From Pelagomonas calceolata (taxonomy: Eukaryota): DNA of 64,000 bases. The notes under the pieces are model-generated. The model had not been told where the DNA came from and searched no databases. It saw only the letters and a list, made by a program, of their open reading frames with translations. This document shows, piece by piece, positions 42,664-52,837 of the stretch. How positions within the stretch are numbered: the first letter of the stretch is position 1; each line of letters opens with the position of its first letter. Where the stretch lies: NCBI GenBank assembly GCA_918797485.1, contig CAKKNE010000003.1, positions 2,604,001 to 2,668,000 on the forward strand, read 5' to 3'. A program made the position numbers and the translations under genes.

Positions 42664-43437
42664 ATGGAGACCGAGTGGCTACTCAAGAAGCATTCGCCCA
42701 AGAAGCGAGGCGTCCTCAAATTCATCGTCGCCTTGTGCGGCGCGGCCGCACTCGCGGCCGTCGCAGTCCCGCGCGCGAGCCACGGCGGCGGCCTCCGCGC
42801 GTCGCCCACGGCCCTCAAAGCTTCTGCCCTGAAGAGCGGCCTGGTCCAGGACGTCGACAAGTCAAGATGGTTGCCGGAATGTCTCGCGTGGTGGCAGATG
42901 TGGCAAGGTTTTCCGACCTCCGCGAACCCTGATCGGGAAATCCAAGAATTTGTTCTAGTCTCCTCCTATGACCTCATTAGCATGCCTGCCGGCATCTGCA
43001 CGATCACACTCTATTGTGCAATAGAGAACTGTGGGGCTGATATCAAGCCTGTGCCCGGTACGCCGACGACATTAATGGGCGACTTCGACGTAAATAATGG
43101 CGACTTGGCACAGATCGAACTGGCCTACGGCGTCAAGTTCAACCTGCCCGACCAGATCGCCTTTCCGAGGTCAGTGAAGGACGTCGTCGACGTCGTGGTC
43201 TACGCCCGGAAGGCCTCGATACCCATCTCGGTGAAGACGTCTAGAATCGCGGAGGCCGGAGGGTTTCCCGCCTACGAGCGATTACAACGCGGGAAGCTCA
43301 TCGCGACCGCCACGAAGATGCTCGGCCACCGCTTACCCCCCTCGATCATCCCAACGGTCGCGAAGTTCTGGGGACATCCGGGAGAATACGCGTCTCGCGG
43401 ACATGACCCCTGGAATCCGGGCCCGGTGTTCTACTAA
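42664..43437 (+). CDS. Chimeric ORF: N-terminal part of an FAD-linked oxidase fused to the ankyrin-family C-terminal module
   Basis: TM anchor, then IAFPRSVKDVVDVVVYARKASIPISVKTS (start of an FAD_binding_4-like domain), switching to RIAEAGGFPAY...LPPSIIPTVAKFWGH. Confidence 0.55.
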   Translation: METEWLLKKHSPKKRGVLKFIVALCGAAALAAVAVPRASHGGGLRASPTALKASALKSGLVQDVDKSRWLPECLAWWQMWQGFPTSANPDREIQEFVLVSSYDLISMPAGICTITLYCAIENCGADIKPVPGTPTTLMGDFDVNNGDLAQIELAYGVKFNLPDQIAFPRSVKDVVDVVVYARKASIPISVKTSRIAEAGGFPAYERLQRGKLIATATKMLGHRLPPSIIPTVAKFWGHPGEYASRGHDPWNPGPVFY

Positions 43438-43521
43438 ACTACTAAAACTATATCTCATTGCGTCACTTCGCCGGGTCGAGAAGGGTGGGGTCCCGGAGTA
43501 GCAAAGTACACCAATAATAAG

Positions 43522-45257
43522 CTAAGCGAACGCGAGCGCCGACCGCCGCCGCGTCCACGCCGGCCGCGCGACCATGCCCGCCCGGACGGGAAAGACGACG
43601 GCTCTACTGAATTGCACGCCAAAGTACGTGAGCCAGATCGCAGGCAGTCCCAACCCGCGCGCGAGAATAAATCGGTGCGCCGCCAAGACCGCCACGCCTA
43701 AGCCTGCGTACCACGAACATAAAAACCTCAGATCGCGCGTCGCGAGCAGCGCCCCCTCCGACGTCACCGCCGTCGCGTGGAAGCAAAAATTCAGCACCGT
43801 CAGCGGCAGGCACCTCGCGATGGCCCGCTGCACGGCCCGGTCCGACGTGAGCAATGAACCACGCAACACCACGAGCGTCGAAGCCAAGACACAGACCGCC
43901 GAGAGGCACCAGCCCGCCCTCAGGACCTGGCGCACGGTCGGTTGGGCCGCCTTCGTGTCCAGCGGTCTTCGCCCTTCGCCGTCGCCCACAAACCTCGGGA
44001 GGTAGGCCAAAGCTAGCGACGTACCGACATCTCCTACGACGAAGCAGAACATGGCGACCTGTGTGGAAATCAAATTTCGGGCGCCCCACGCCATCGACGC
44101 GACGTGCTTTCCGTAGCTGCGTCTGCGCGATGGCGTGGCAATTCCACGCCATCGACGCCACGTTGTCCCCGTGGTCGCGTCGGCTCGATGGCGTGGAGGC
44201 TCACGAAGATCCTAATTCACTGGTTGATTTCCACACAGATCGCTACCGAGAACACGACCGTGTGCGCCGCCGTCTGCGTCGCGTCCAACGCCGCCGCCGT
44301 CATCGCGCTACTGTTATGTAACAGTAGTTTCATCATGCTGCAGAAGACGAAGGGCCCCAGCGCGAAGAAGGGCCGAATGTCTCGCTTGATGGACGTGGGG
44401 ATGCGCTTCAGGCGGTCCTTGATGGCGAAGCAGGCTCTACCGACCACTCCTTTCCGTTTCAGGGACAGGATTAAAAGTAGAGCGGCAGCGTATTGCGACG
44501 CCGCCGTCGCTATCGCCGCGCCTAACAAACCTTGGCGCGGGACGAGCACGAAGTCTCCCATGAGATTTAACACGGCGGCGATGGCCACGGACAGCCCCGG
44601 CGTCGTCGCGTCCCGCAGCCCTAAACAGGCGGCTTGCGCGACGGACGCTATGAGTGCGGCCGGCAGCGCGAGCGCGCGCACGGCCACGTACGGCGCCGCC
44701 GCCTTCGCCAGGTCGGCGCTCTTCGAATAGGAGAGACAGACGGGCATGGCTCCTATGACGAGGGAACCGCCCACGAGTACACCGACGAGGCCGGCTAGAA
44801 GTAAGCCTGTGGTCGCTGCCCGCGACGCCGCGTCGAGGTCGCACTCGTCGTCGTCGCCGCCACACCTCGCCCTCGCGACTAAATCCGTCGTAGCCACGGA
44901 CAAGAACACGAGCAACGTCGTCATGCTGTCCGAGATCGTGCCCGCGGGGCCCAGAGCCGCTAATTCAAAGCTCGACCGCCGCCCCACGAAACCCGCATCT
45001 ATCAACGACATGAGCGGCCCGGCCACGTAAATCGCCAACGCGGGAGCCGTAAACGCGATGCACTCCTTAAACGTCGGCGGCGGCTGCCGCGTCGGGCCTC
45101 TTTCAAACACGGGCCGGGGCGGCGGGTATGCGGGGCCGCTCCAGGCGCGCCGCTGCCGGAACGCGTCGACGGCGTTGAGCGTGAGCGGTGGGCGGCGCGG
45201 CGGCGGCGTCTGGAAGGCGGTTATGCCCTGGAGCGCAAGCAAGAGGGTGGCTTTCAT
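43522..45257 (-). CDS. MATE (DTX) family transporter, probably plastid-targeted; join(45257..44247,44058..43522)
   Basis: PLMSLIDAGFVG, ELAALGP, LGLRDATTP, GAAIAT and SEGALLATRDL. Frame is continuous once the 188-nt introner is removed. Confidence 0.9.
44059..44246 (-). mobile_element. Introner element intron (188 nt)
   Basis: Perfect 15-bp TIRs CTGTGTGGAAATCAA...TTGATTTCCACACAG (44059-44238). Flanking 8-mers ATGGCGAC (44051-44058) and ATCGCTAC (44239-44246). Confidence 0.9.
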
Positions 45258-46075
45258 TGTTGCACTTGTGAGGCTGGCTGCTGGAAGCACTGCCCAATGC
45301 ACTGTCTAGAAACGCGACGCACTTGGTGCTGAAAAGCCGCAGCAATGGTGATGTAATGCAGGCAATGGCGAGCAACGCAGACAGCTCAGCGCTGCTGCAT
45401 GGCTTTGCAAGTTTAGGCGTACTACGCAAACTAACGCTCTAGACAGCAAACCCAGTCTGGGTTTTGTATTTTTGGCCGCCTTGCGCCCGTCGGTTGTGCG
45501 CTCCCTCGCAAAAGGGACCTATGAGCCAGCTCTAATTGAGGCCTGGGCCGCGGCCGCCATCAATGCGCCGCGTGGCAGGCCATGCAATTTCAGCGCGATT
45601 TAGCCTGCCTCGCGCGCCGCGCGGCGGTCATGGATCGCGACATTGACGCCATCGTTGTGTGAGACCGGAAGCACTGCGAGCCGGGCGCGTTTGCGGCGAC
45701 GGCGGAGCAGCTCGTGGGACACGCGCCGGGCGACGCGCCTGGGGCGGCGGCCGCGCGAGTAGCTGCGCCAGCCCGCGGCGGTGCGGCGCGGCGGACGAGT
45801 CGTGCACGGTCGCGGGCGAGTGAACGGGGGCCCCGACGCTTTTCAGAGGCGCCGCGGCGGTCGGACGCCTTCGCGCGTCAGAGGAGCTGCGGGCGCGGCG
45901 CGAACGTCCGGTGCCCGGCGACCGAGCCGGCGGCGTGAACGACGGACGATATCCCGGAGGTCGTTTCTGCCGCGCGCCAGTAGGGCGCCGGTGTCGGCGT
46001 CGCTCGCCCGCACACGCGCAGCCGGACGGGTCCCTAGCCGTCCTCGAGAATTTTCACTATTAGTCATACAATTAC

Positions 46076-48223
46076 TCACACACCAATCTCATTCCACCAG
46101 TCATCGTCCTTCTCCGTATTGCCGCCTTGCGCTTCTTTCTCGCCGGCCTCGGAGAGCCGCTCCCCAAATTTTTGGATCAAAGTGCAATAAGAGTGGCCGA
46201 CGCCGAAGTGCGCCTCGGTGAGCAGGCCGGAGGGTGCCCGCGGGAGGCCCGCGGGAATTCTAATCTCGAGCCGCTCGAAGAGAAAGGAATAGACCATCAG
46301 GTGCTCGTTGACTTTGCCTCGGCTCGTGAACTGGCGTACCCTCGAAGCCCGCTGGGCCAGCCCGCGCTCGTCGTCGGCGCTCCGCACAAAACCGTAGGCG
46401 GGTGCACCGCCGAACTTCGACTTATCCTTCGTCGGCGCGCACCGATTCAGGAGTGGCCAATCCCACCGCCAGCTCAAGTCTACGGATTTGACAGGATATA
46501 AGTGCCGCGCCCCGCTCACGATGGCCGCGGCGACGTTCACGCCATCGGTCACAACCAGTAGGCGAGTTCCGGCTAAGCCACTGGCGCAGTGGCGCGCGAC
46601 GAATGCTAAGGCAGTTTCCGACGGCTCGTAGGCATTAGGCATGAGCTTTATGAGATCCGCGAAGAGGCCCTGCCCGGGCCACGGCGAACAGCCACGTAAT
46701 TCGTCGTACGCTTGACCCAAGCGCTCGGTGAGCTCGCGCTCTGGTCCGTAGCCCGGCGCAGCAATACCAATTTTGCGGCCCGGGACCGTGACGACGACGA
46801 CATATTCTGTTTTCAATGAGGCCGTGACTTCGTAACAATAGTGGGCTGCGTCGTAGACCCGGTCACATTTCAGCCGGTCCGCGTACGTAAGCGACGCGAG
46901 AGAGCGCCCGTCCTCCAGGAAAACGTCAGCGCGTCCCAGCGCTCTAGAATGCAGCACGTAGTGCGCGAGCGCCTGGGACAGCCGCAGCTCGTCGCCCGTG
47001 CTGGCCTCGAAGTCGCCCGACAGCTTGATGAGCAACCCCTCCGCTCTGCGCAGGTCGTCAGGAGAGCAGCCATAGGTTAACAAAAGCGCACGTTGCGCGT
47101 TCTTTTTGGCAATCCAGCAGGCGCAGCCCCCGGCAGTCTGCGCATTCACCGGAGCGAGCCGTAGTGCGTCGAAGACGATTTGGCTTTGAGGCAAGTCCCG
47201 CACCTTGGCCAGCCAAGCCTGGTCCAGACGAGACAGGCGGCGCAGGAACGCAGCCTCGTCGAGCTGCACCTCCACGCCCAGCAGGAAGGAGTTCGTGCGG
47301 CGTTCGTCTTCGGTTGCCTTGTAGTCGGACATGGGCCGCTCCCCGGCGAGCGTAGAATAAGGAGATGGGGGGAGCGCCAGGGGAGGCAGCTTGCCTATGT
47401 CACAGAAGAGCCGCGGCGGACCGCAGTTGAAGCGCGCCGACGTCGGGGACCAGGCGCTCTTGAGCCGCGGCTGCAACAGCAGGCCCGTCGTCTCCGAATC
47501 CACGGCCGGCGTAGGCCACGGTTCGAGAACCTTGCGTAGCGGGTCACGGCCGCCCAGCCTTGCTATGTACGCCGGCGTCGCATATCTGACTTCTTTCGTA
47601 GGCCGCTGTACCCGCGTAAAGTGGCCGCCGACCTCGATGCCGCGCGTGCCGACCAAGGTATCAAAACCGTGCCCACACGCCACGTAGAGCGCCTGCAGCT
47701 CGGAGTGCAGCCCGCCGCGCGCCTTCCGGATCACGTACTTCGGCCTCGGCAGCGGGGGCAATGGTCGCCGTTCCCGCTGGCACCGCGCGACGAGCTGCGT
47801 GTGGTGGTCGACGTAGGGCAGCTCGTAGACCCGCTCGGCGTCCGTGCCCGGGCACGTGAGGAACGAGATGATTCTCGTCGAGACGTACTCCGGGAGCCCT
47901 TTCTTCGTCCCTGGATGCACATTGGGCACCAAGCGCAAGACGTCGAGTAAACCTAGCTTCGTCGACGCCACAGGACTTTTGCTGGAGTCGCGTAGGAAGC
48001 CCGGCGCTTGTTCGGCGGCCGCGTTGGCCGCCGCCGTCCGTTCGTCAGCCTCCGAAGCGGCCACGGCCGCGCGTTTTTTGGCGCCTCTGGACCTTTTTTT
48101 TAACGTCGACGCCGACTTAAAGGCGTTGCCGCACTTGCTGCAGCTGGACGCGAAGACGCGCTCTACTGCGCCACACGACGAGCACGTCTTTGTTGAGGGG
48201 GGGAGCTTCCTTTTTTTGCCCAT
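46076..48223 (-). CDS. Hypothetical ~715-aa protein with N-terminal zinc ribbon and NLS-like basic stretch
   Basis: MGKKRK, CSSCG..CSKCG and LPEYVSTRIISFL; remainder unrecognised. Confidence 0.6.
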   Translation of the reverse strand: MGKKRKLPPSTKTCSSCGAVERVFASSCSKCGNAFKSASTLKKRSRGAKKRAAVAASEADERTAAANAAAEQAPGFLRDSSKSPVASTKLGLLDVLRLVPNVHPGTKKGLPEYVSTRIISFLTCPGTDAERVYELPYVDHHTQLVARCQRERRPLPPLPRPKYVIRKARGGLHSELQALYVACGHGFDTLVGTRGIEVGGHFTRVQRPTKEVRYATPAYIARLGGRDPLRKVLEPWPTPAVDSETTGLLLQPRLKSAWSPTSARFNCGPPRLFCDIGKLPPLALPPSPYSTLAGERPMSDYKATEDERRTNSFLLGVEVQLDEAAFLRRLSRLDQAWLAKVRDLPQSQIVFDALRLAPVNAQTAGGCACWIAKKNAQRALLLTYGCSPDDLRRAEGLLIKLSGDFEASTGDELRLSQALAHYVLHSRALGRADVFLEDGRSLASLTYADRLKCDRVYDAAHYCYEVTASLKTEYVVVVTVPGRKIGIAAPGYGPERELTERLGQAYDELRGCSPWPGQGLFADLIKLMPNAYEPSETALAFVARHCASGLAGTRLLVVTDGVNVAAAIVSGARHLYPVKSVDLSWRWDWPLLNRCAPTKDKSKFGGAPAYGFVRSADDERGLAQRASRVRQFTSRGKVNEHLMVYSFLFERLEIRIPAGLPRAPSGLLTEAHFGVGHSYCTLIQKFGERLSEAGEKEAQGGNTEKDDDWWNEIGV

Positions 48224-48533
48224 GGCGTCGCCTGGCCCGCGGCCGTAGAGTACAGCGGAAGCGCAAAAATGCGAGTGCGCGCGCTGGTTGCGCGAGGCGC
48301 TTTTGCAGCGGCAGGCACGGCGCTGCGCCGCGCTGTGACGCGCAGGGCTGTGAGCACTGCTGCGCGCTGCAAGCTCGGTGGTGTGTGTGTAAAATAGCGC
48401 AGCACACTCTCCCGCGGCGGACCAGCCAGCTTTTGAAGTGGGCACGGGTTTTACAACAAATTTTTAAGCGCAGCAGTTAGACTTAGGTTGCGAGCGATCG
48501 CGAGGCGTCGCGGCGGTGGACTTCCTCGACAGC

Positions 48534-48934
48534 GTCGGGGCGCTGAACGGGACCCACGGACGACTTCCGCGGACCGGTGCCAGCGCCCCCGGTCCACGAC
48601 GGACGCGACGCGGCCTCCGCACCTTGCGCCCTCGGCCAGCCCTACACCGCCGCGGCCCCGTCTCCTCGGTGGCGCGGGTCCGCGACAGCGGCGGCGCCTG
48701 CGTCCCTTTCTCGCGTCTCGGACGGCATCAGTCGGAGCGCTGCGGGCACCCAACAGACGACGTCCGCGGACCAGTGCCCGCGCCCGGTCGGCACGACGGA
48801 CGCGACGCGGCCTCCGCATCTCACGCCCTCGGCCAGCCCTACACCGCCGCGGCCCCGTCTCCTCGGTGGCACGGGCATCCGCGATCGCGGCGGCGCCTGC
48901 GTCCCTTTCTCGCGTCTCTCAGACGGCATCGGTC
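48534..48934. repeat. Two-copy tandem direct repeat, unit about 200 bp
   Basis: Both halves share CACGACGGACGCGACGCGGCCTCCGCA, CGCCCTCGGCCAGCCCTACACCGCCGCGGCCCCGTCTCCTCGGTGGC and GCGGCGGCGCCTGCGTCCCTTTCTCGCGTCTC, with small indels. Confidence 0.9.
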
Positions 48935-49332
48935 ATCGCCCGCGACCGCACAAGCCTTGTCTGCAGCGCGCAACTGCCCCGGGCTGGCGCACTCACCCCG
49001 CGGGCGGGCAGCTCGTACGTCGCCGGCCGCGCGCGATTCGGGCCGCTCCGCCGTCGCCGCCGCAAACGCGCCCGGTCAGCAATGCGTACGGTCTCGTACT
49101 ACATCAGGTCCGATGCCGCGACCTGTAGCCGCCGCGCGCCGCCGCATCGCAAACACAGCAAACTTGCACCGCTCCTCTCGCCGCCGCCGCCGCGCTGCTT
49201 TGGCCAAGAATTGTTGGAGACGTCGGACCTATATATCCGTCGACCATACTAAGAGCTCGCGCCCTGCCGTGCCGCGCGCGGCGAGCTGCGGGGCCAATCG
49301 GCGCCGTCTGCTGTCTCGGGTAGCGTAGTATG

Positions 49333-49354
49333 CTAGTGTCTTACAGCACGCTAG
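49333..49354 (+). promoter_or_regulatory. CTAG-bounded intergenic motif copy
   Basis: CTAGTGTCTTACAGCACGCTAG just beyond the MZT1 stop. Confidence 0.6.
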
Positions 49355-49407
49355 CGCGATGCTCCCCGGAGCGCAGAATGCAAGATAGGTGGTATTTTAC
49401 TTTAGCG

Positions 49408-49791
49408 CTATCGCCTAGGAGGCTCTCCCCCCGCCTGCGACGCCGCCGCGGCCAGCGCGTCCCGTTCCTTCCGTAGCTCCCGTACGACGGCCGCGAGCGC
49501 CGTCGGATTAACCTGCGAGCGCGCGGTTCGCGGTGCGCGCGTCTCATACAAGGACGGCGGGACGCACGCCCTGGTCGCAGAGCCGCGTGAGCACCTCGAG
49601 CGCCGGGCGGCCGAGGTCCGCGTCGAGGAGGTCGGACATTTCTTGCACGGCTGCGATGGGGGGTCGGCGTTGGTAAGATTGAACGCGGCGCATGCGTTTG
49701 GCATGCGTTTGGGCGGAGAAAGAGGGAGGCGCGCGCGCGCACCATCGAGAGTGGCTGCTGTGAGGCCATCATTTGCGTCTGCACCAGGCAT
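49408..49791 (-). CDS. MZT1: Mitotic-spindle organizing protein 1 (MOZART1/GIP1); join(49791..49743,49650..49568,49512..49408), 78 aa
   Basis: Two GT..CAG introns (49651-49742, 49513-49567) give TLDAVQEMSDLLDADLGRPALEVLTRLCDQGVNPTALAAVVRELRKE, the MZT1 consensus pattern. Confidence 0.85.
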   Translation of the reverse strand: MPGADANDGLTAATLDGARARLPLSPPKRMPNACAAFNLTNADPPSQPCKKCPTSSTRTSAARRSRCSRGSATRACVPPSLYETRAPRTARSQVNPTALAAVVRELRKERDALAAAASQAGGEPPRR

Positions 49792-50352
49792 CCTGACCGT
49801 GACACTTGTGGGTTGCAAGCAGAGGTGCGAGTGATGAACTATCGTAAAGCTTTAGCAAGCACAGCTAACGTAACAGCTGTAAAATTGCCCGCGCGCTTTT
49901 AGCCTAGCCTAGCCTCTGCTTAACCGACGGGTTTTTGCGCGCGGTCTTGCGGGACCCCTCCCCGCCCCAGGGGACTCGTCGCAGAGGTCGTGCAGCGATG
50001 TGCGGGAAAAAAAGGGAACCGCCGCCGCACAACCTTGGGTCTGCTGAACGCGGACGCGAAGGCGCTTTGCTTGAGACCCGGCCCAGAGCTAGTCAGGGTA
50101 TTCGGGATCCCGCCGCGCCGCCGCTCCGTGGAGTCGTGCCCGAGTGCCGCCGCCGACGAGGATCTCCGTAGCCCGCCGCCGGCCCGCCGCCGCGCCCGCG
50201 GGGGAGTCGCGAAAAACACCCACGCGTTCGCAACATTGCGCCGACGGAAGACCCGAAGAGTTGTCATCGGAAGGAGCTTGAATTGCTGGGGTGAGTCAAC
50301 ATCGCCAGTGAAGGCCCGTCAACCCGTTGAATTGCGCTTGCTTTCATGCTGG

Positions 50353-50374
50353 CTAGTGCCTTACATGCCGCTAG
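50353..50374 (+). promoter_or_regulatory. CTAG-bounded intergenic motif copy
   Basis: CTAGTGCCTTACATGCCGCTAG in the MZT1/methyltransferase divergent region. Confidence 0.6.
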
Positions 50375-50476
50375 CTCGTGCTCTCGATGATCGAGTCCTC
50401 CTCGACGATCTCGCGATATAACACCACAACAAGCATCGAAAGTAGCGCAAGAGATCAGAAATTATTGTGGCCATCG

Positions 50477-51136
50477 ATGTCCGCAGCCGTCTCCGCCGCC
50501 GAGGAGCAGGAAGAAACGATCACCCACAACGACCACACCATCAAAGTCGCCGCGAGCTGGCGCGTCGGCATCGGCGGCAAGACCTGGTCCACCGGTGCTT
50601 TAGCTTGCAAGCACCTCGCCGCGCACGCGGACCGCTACGCGGCATTAGCACCAAAGCGCCAACTGAGAATCTTGGAGCTCGGCGCGGGCACGGGCGTCGC
50701 GGGCCTCTTCGCCGCGAAATGCTTGGAGGCGCGCGTCGTGCTCACGGACGCGGAGGACCACCTCGAGCTTTTGCGAGACAACGTCAGGCGCAATAATTTG
50801 GGGGAGAGCGTCTCCGTCCAATTGTTCGACTGGAAGGATGAAACAAGTTGGGACCTCACGTCGGAGCCGGATTTGATTTTGTGCACGGACAACGCCTACC
50901 ATCCCTCTTTATATGAGCCGCTCGCGGCGGCGCTGGACAGGTGCCTATCCAAGGGCGCCAAGGGCCTCTTCGGCGTTACAAAAACGGACACGTCCTTTTC
51001 CTTCTTCGAGCTCCTCACAGCTCATGGCCTCGACTACCGCTTCGCCGAGGCGCCGGCCGACGACTACTACGCGCTCCTGGCCATCTGTAAAGCGCCGGCG
51101 TTCGACGGCCGCCGCGACGCGTGGGAGATGCGTTGA
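50477..51136 (+). CDS. METTL21-like (Methyltransf_16) protein lysine methyltransferase
   Basis: GGKTW, ILELGAGTGVAGL, VVLTD, FDW and ILCTDNAY. Confidence 0.9.
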   Translation: MSAAVSAAEEQEETITHNDHTIKVAASWRVGIGGKTWSTGALACKHLAAHADRYAALAPKRQLRILELGAGTGVAGLFAAKCLEARVVLTDAEDHLELLRDNVRRNNLGESVSVQLFDWKDETSWDLTSEPDLILCTDNAYHPSLYEPLAAALDRCLSKGAKGLFGVTKTDTSFSFFELLTAHGLDYRFAEAPADDYYALLAICKAPAFDGRRDAWEMR

Positions 51137-51179
51137 TAATTTGTTCTGTTGTTTGTTTAAAACTTACACACAAATAAAA

Positions 51180-52280
51180 TCAGGAGAACAGCTCCTCCTC
51201 GAGGTCCGCGGCCCACTCGTCGTCCTCGTCCGCGGCCGGTTCCTCCGGCGACCGCGCCCGCTTCCGCGACCCGTTTTGGGGAGGCTGTTGCGGCCGGTAG
51301 CGCTCGGCCGACTCGCGCCGGCAGCGCCAGACGCAGTACCAGAACCAGTCCAGGTGCGCCCACCTTGCTTCGTCATCGGGCCGCTGCCGGCTCACGACGT
51401 GCGTCGCCTCCGCCGGATCCTCGACGAGCCGAGCCCCATAACGCTCGGCGCAGCGCGCAGCATATATATCAACCTCCTCCGCAAAAAACAAGGAACAGCC
51501 CGCGAAAACTTTCGTCCGAGAGCGATCGAGGCACGCCACGACGTCGTCCTCGACCGAACCATTCGAAGGGTAGAAGGCCGCGTGGGCCGCGCAGAGCGCC
51601 CTCGCGGAATGGCTCAGCTGCGCGTCGCCGTCCCTTCTGGATGGGTCGCGGAAATGGTGCTCGAAGAACTTGTAGGGCTGCACGACCAGCACTCTAGCCG
51701 TCTGGTCGACGCCCCGCGTCCAGACGTCCAACCGGTCGTCCAGAATCAACGCTCTAGCTGCCCCGCCCGGAAAGAGCCTTGCTAAACTCTTCTCTCCTCG
51801 TAAGTCGGGGCAGTCGTCCCGCGAGACGACTCTGCCACCGAAGGACGTCCCAGGGGCGGCTTCGGTAAGGGCCTTGGCGACGCCGGCCGCGTAGGCCCTT
51901 GAACCATGCGTGTAGATGGCCAGCTCGTACAACGGCCGGACCGCATCAAAAAACTGGCGGAGGCCCGGCCTCAATCGCACCCAGTGCGGCCGGCCCGCGA
52001 CGTTGCCTAAGGATACGACGCCCTCTACACTTGATGCGCGTTTGTCCGTCGAGCATTCTAATAAAGTGTGGTCGAGGTCGAGCACGAGCTGCAATTTTCG
52101 TTGCGTGTCGAGCCGCGACTGGCGCGCGCCGGCGATGGCCTCGGCCTCTTTGCTCGTCACGCTCAGCGCGGCACTGGACGCGCGCGCGGCGACCTGCTCC
52201 GTCGTGTCCTTGCCGTCGAGGACGGCGCCGCAGACGGCGCAGAGGTTGCCCAAGCGCTGCGGGTGGGTGCATGCTGCCAT
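51180..52280 (-). CDS. FCP1: RNA polymerase II CTD phosphatase FCP1-like
   Basis: CTH..LCAVCG, LVLDLDHTL, VRLRPG, LDDRLDVW and a C-terminal BRCT-like THVV...WFWYC. Confidence 0.85.
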   Translation of the reverse strand: MAACTHPQRLGNLCAVCGAVLDGKDTTEQVAARASSAALSVTSKEAEAIAGARQSRLDTQRKLQLVLDLDHTLLECSTDKRASSVEGVVSLGNVAGRPHWVRLRPGLRQFFDAVRPLYELAIYTHGSRAYAAGVAKALTEAAPGTSFGGRVVSRDDCPDLRGEKSLARLFPGGAARALILDDRLDVWTRGVDQTARVLVVQPYKFFEHHFRDPSRRDGDAQLSHSARALCAAHAAFYPSNGSVEDDVVACLDRSRTKVFAGCSLFFAEEVDIYAARCAERYGARLVEDPAEATHVVSRQRPDDEARWAHLDWFWYCVWRCRRESAERYRPQQPPQNGSRKRARSPEEPAADEDDEWAADLEEELFS

Positions 52281-52395
52281 TCTTGCGCCGTCAGCGCGCT
52301 GCGTCCACAGCAGTGGTCTGAAATGTGTGCGCTGCGCAATACTCGAGCAGCTGTTGAGCAGCGTCTTATACGGCCGGCCAAAAACAAGCCGGTTT

Positions 52396-52416
52396 CTAGT
52401 GTGTTTACGTCGCTAG
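52396..52416 (+). promoter_or_regulatory. CTAG-bounded intergenic motif copy
   Basis: CTAGTGTGTTTACGTCGCTAG in a divergent region. Confidence 0.6.
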
Positions 52417-52837
52417 GTAAAAGGAGGAAAGGGAGATCTCTCTCAGGTTCGCGCGGGAAGGCGTCTGGCGCGTACGCTGGCCGTTGCGAGGAGTCCCGCG
52501 GCTCCGTAATTTCATAATTCACCAAAGCCCTTCATGGTATTAGAGCGGTTTTTGAAGCCTCTAACAACGATCTCCACGCCAGAGAGCTAGCAATTCCGGG
52601 CGCTCGCCGTACCCTTGCCGTGTCTCAATTTCTCCGACTCGCCCGACCGCACGAGACTTCGATTATTGCTGGGCCTCCACACATCGGGGGCTCGGAGACG
52701 CGCCGACGGAGCGTTGAGAGACTCACAATCTCCCGGTAATACCATTGGAACCCCCCGCGGCGATTTTCACTCGCAGCGCGCTCGGCGGCGTCGACGCGCG
52801 TCGTCCGCCGACTCGGCCGCGAACGACGCAGGCAACC

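Noticed and set aside
46076..48223. Candidate autonomous transposase for the introners
   Set aside because: No recognisable DDE/hAT motifs and no flanking CTGTGTGGAAATC TIRs or TSD.
48488..49328. Long ORFs across the tandem repeat
   Set aside because: Non-ATG starts, low-complexity translation, and the repeat copies differ by frame-breaking indels.
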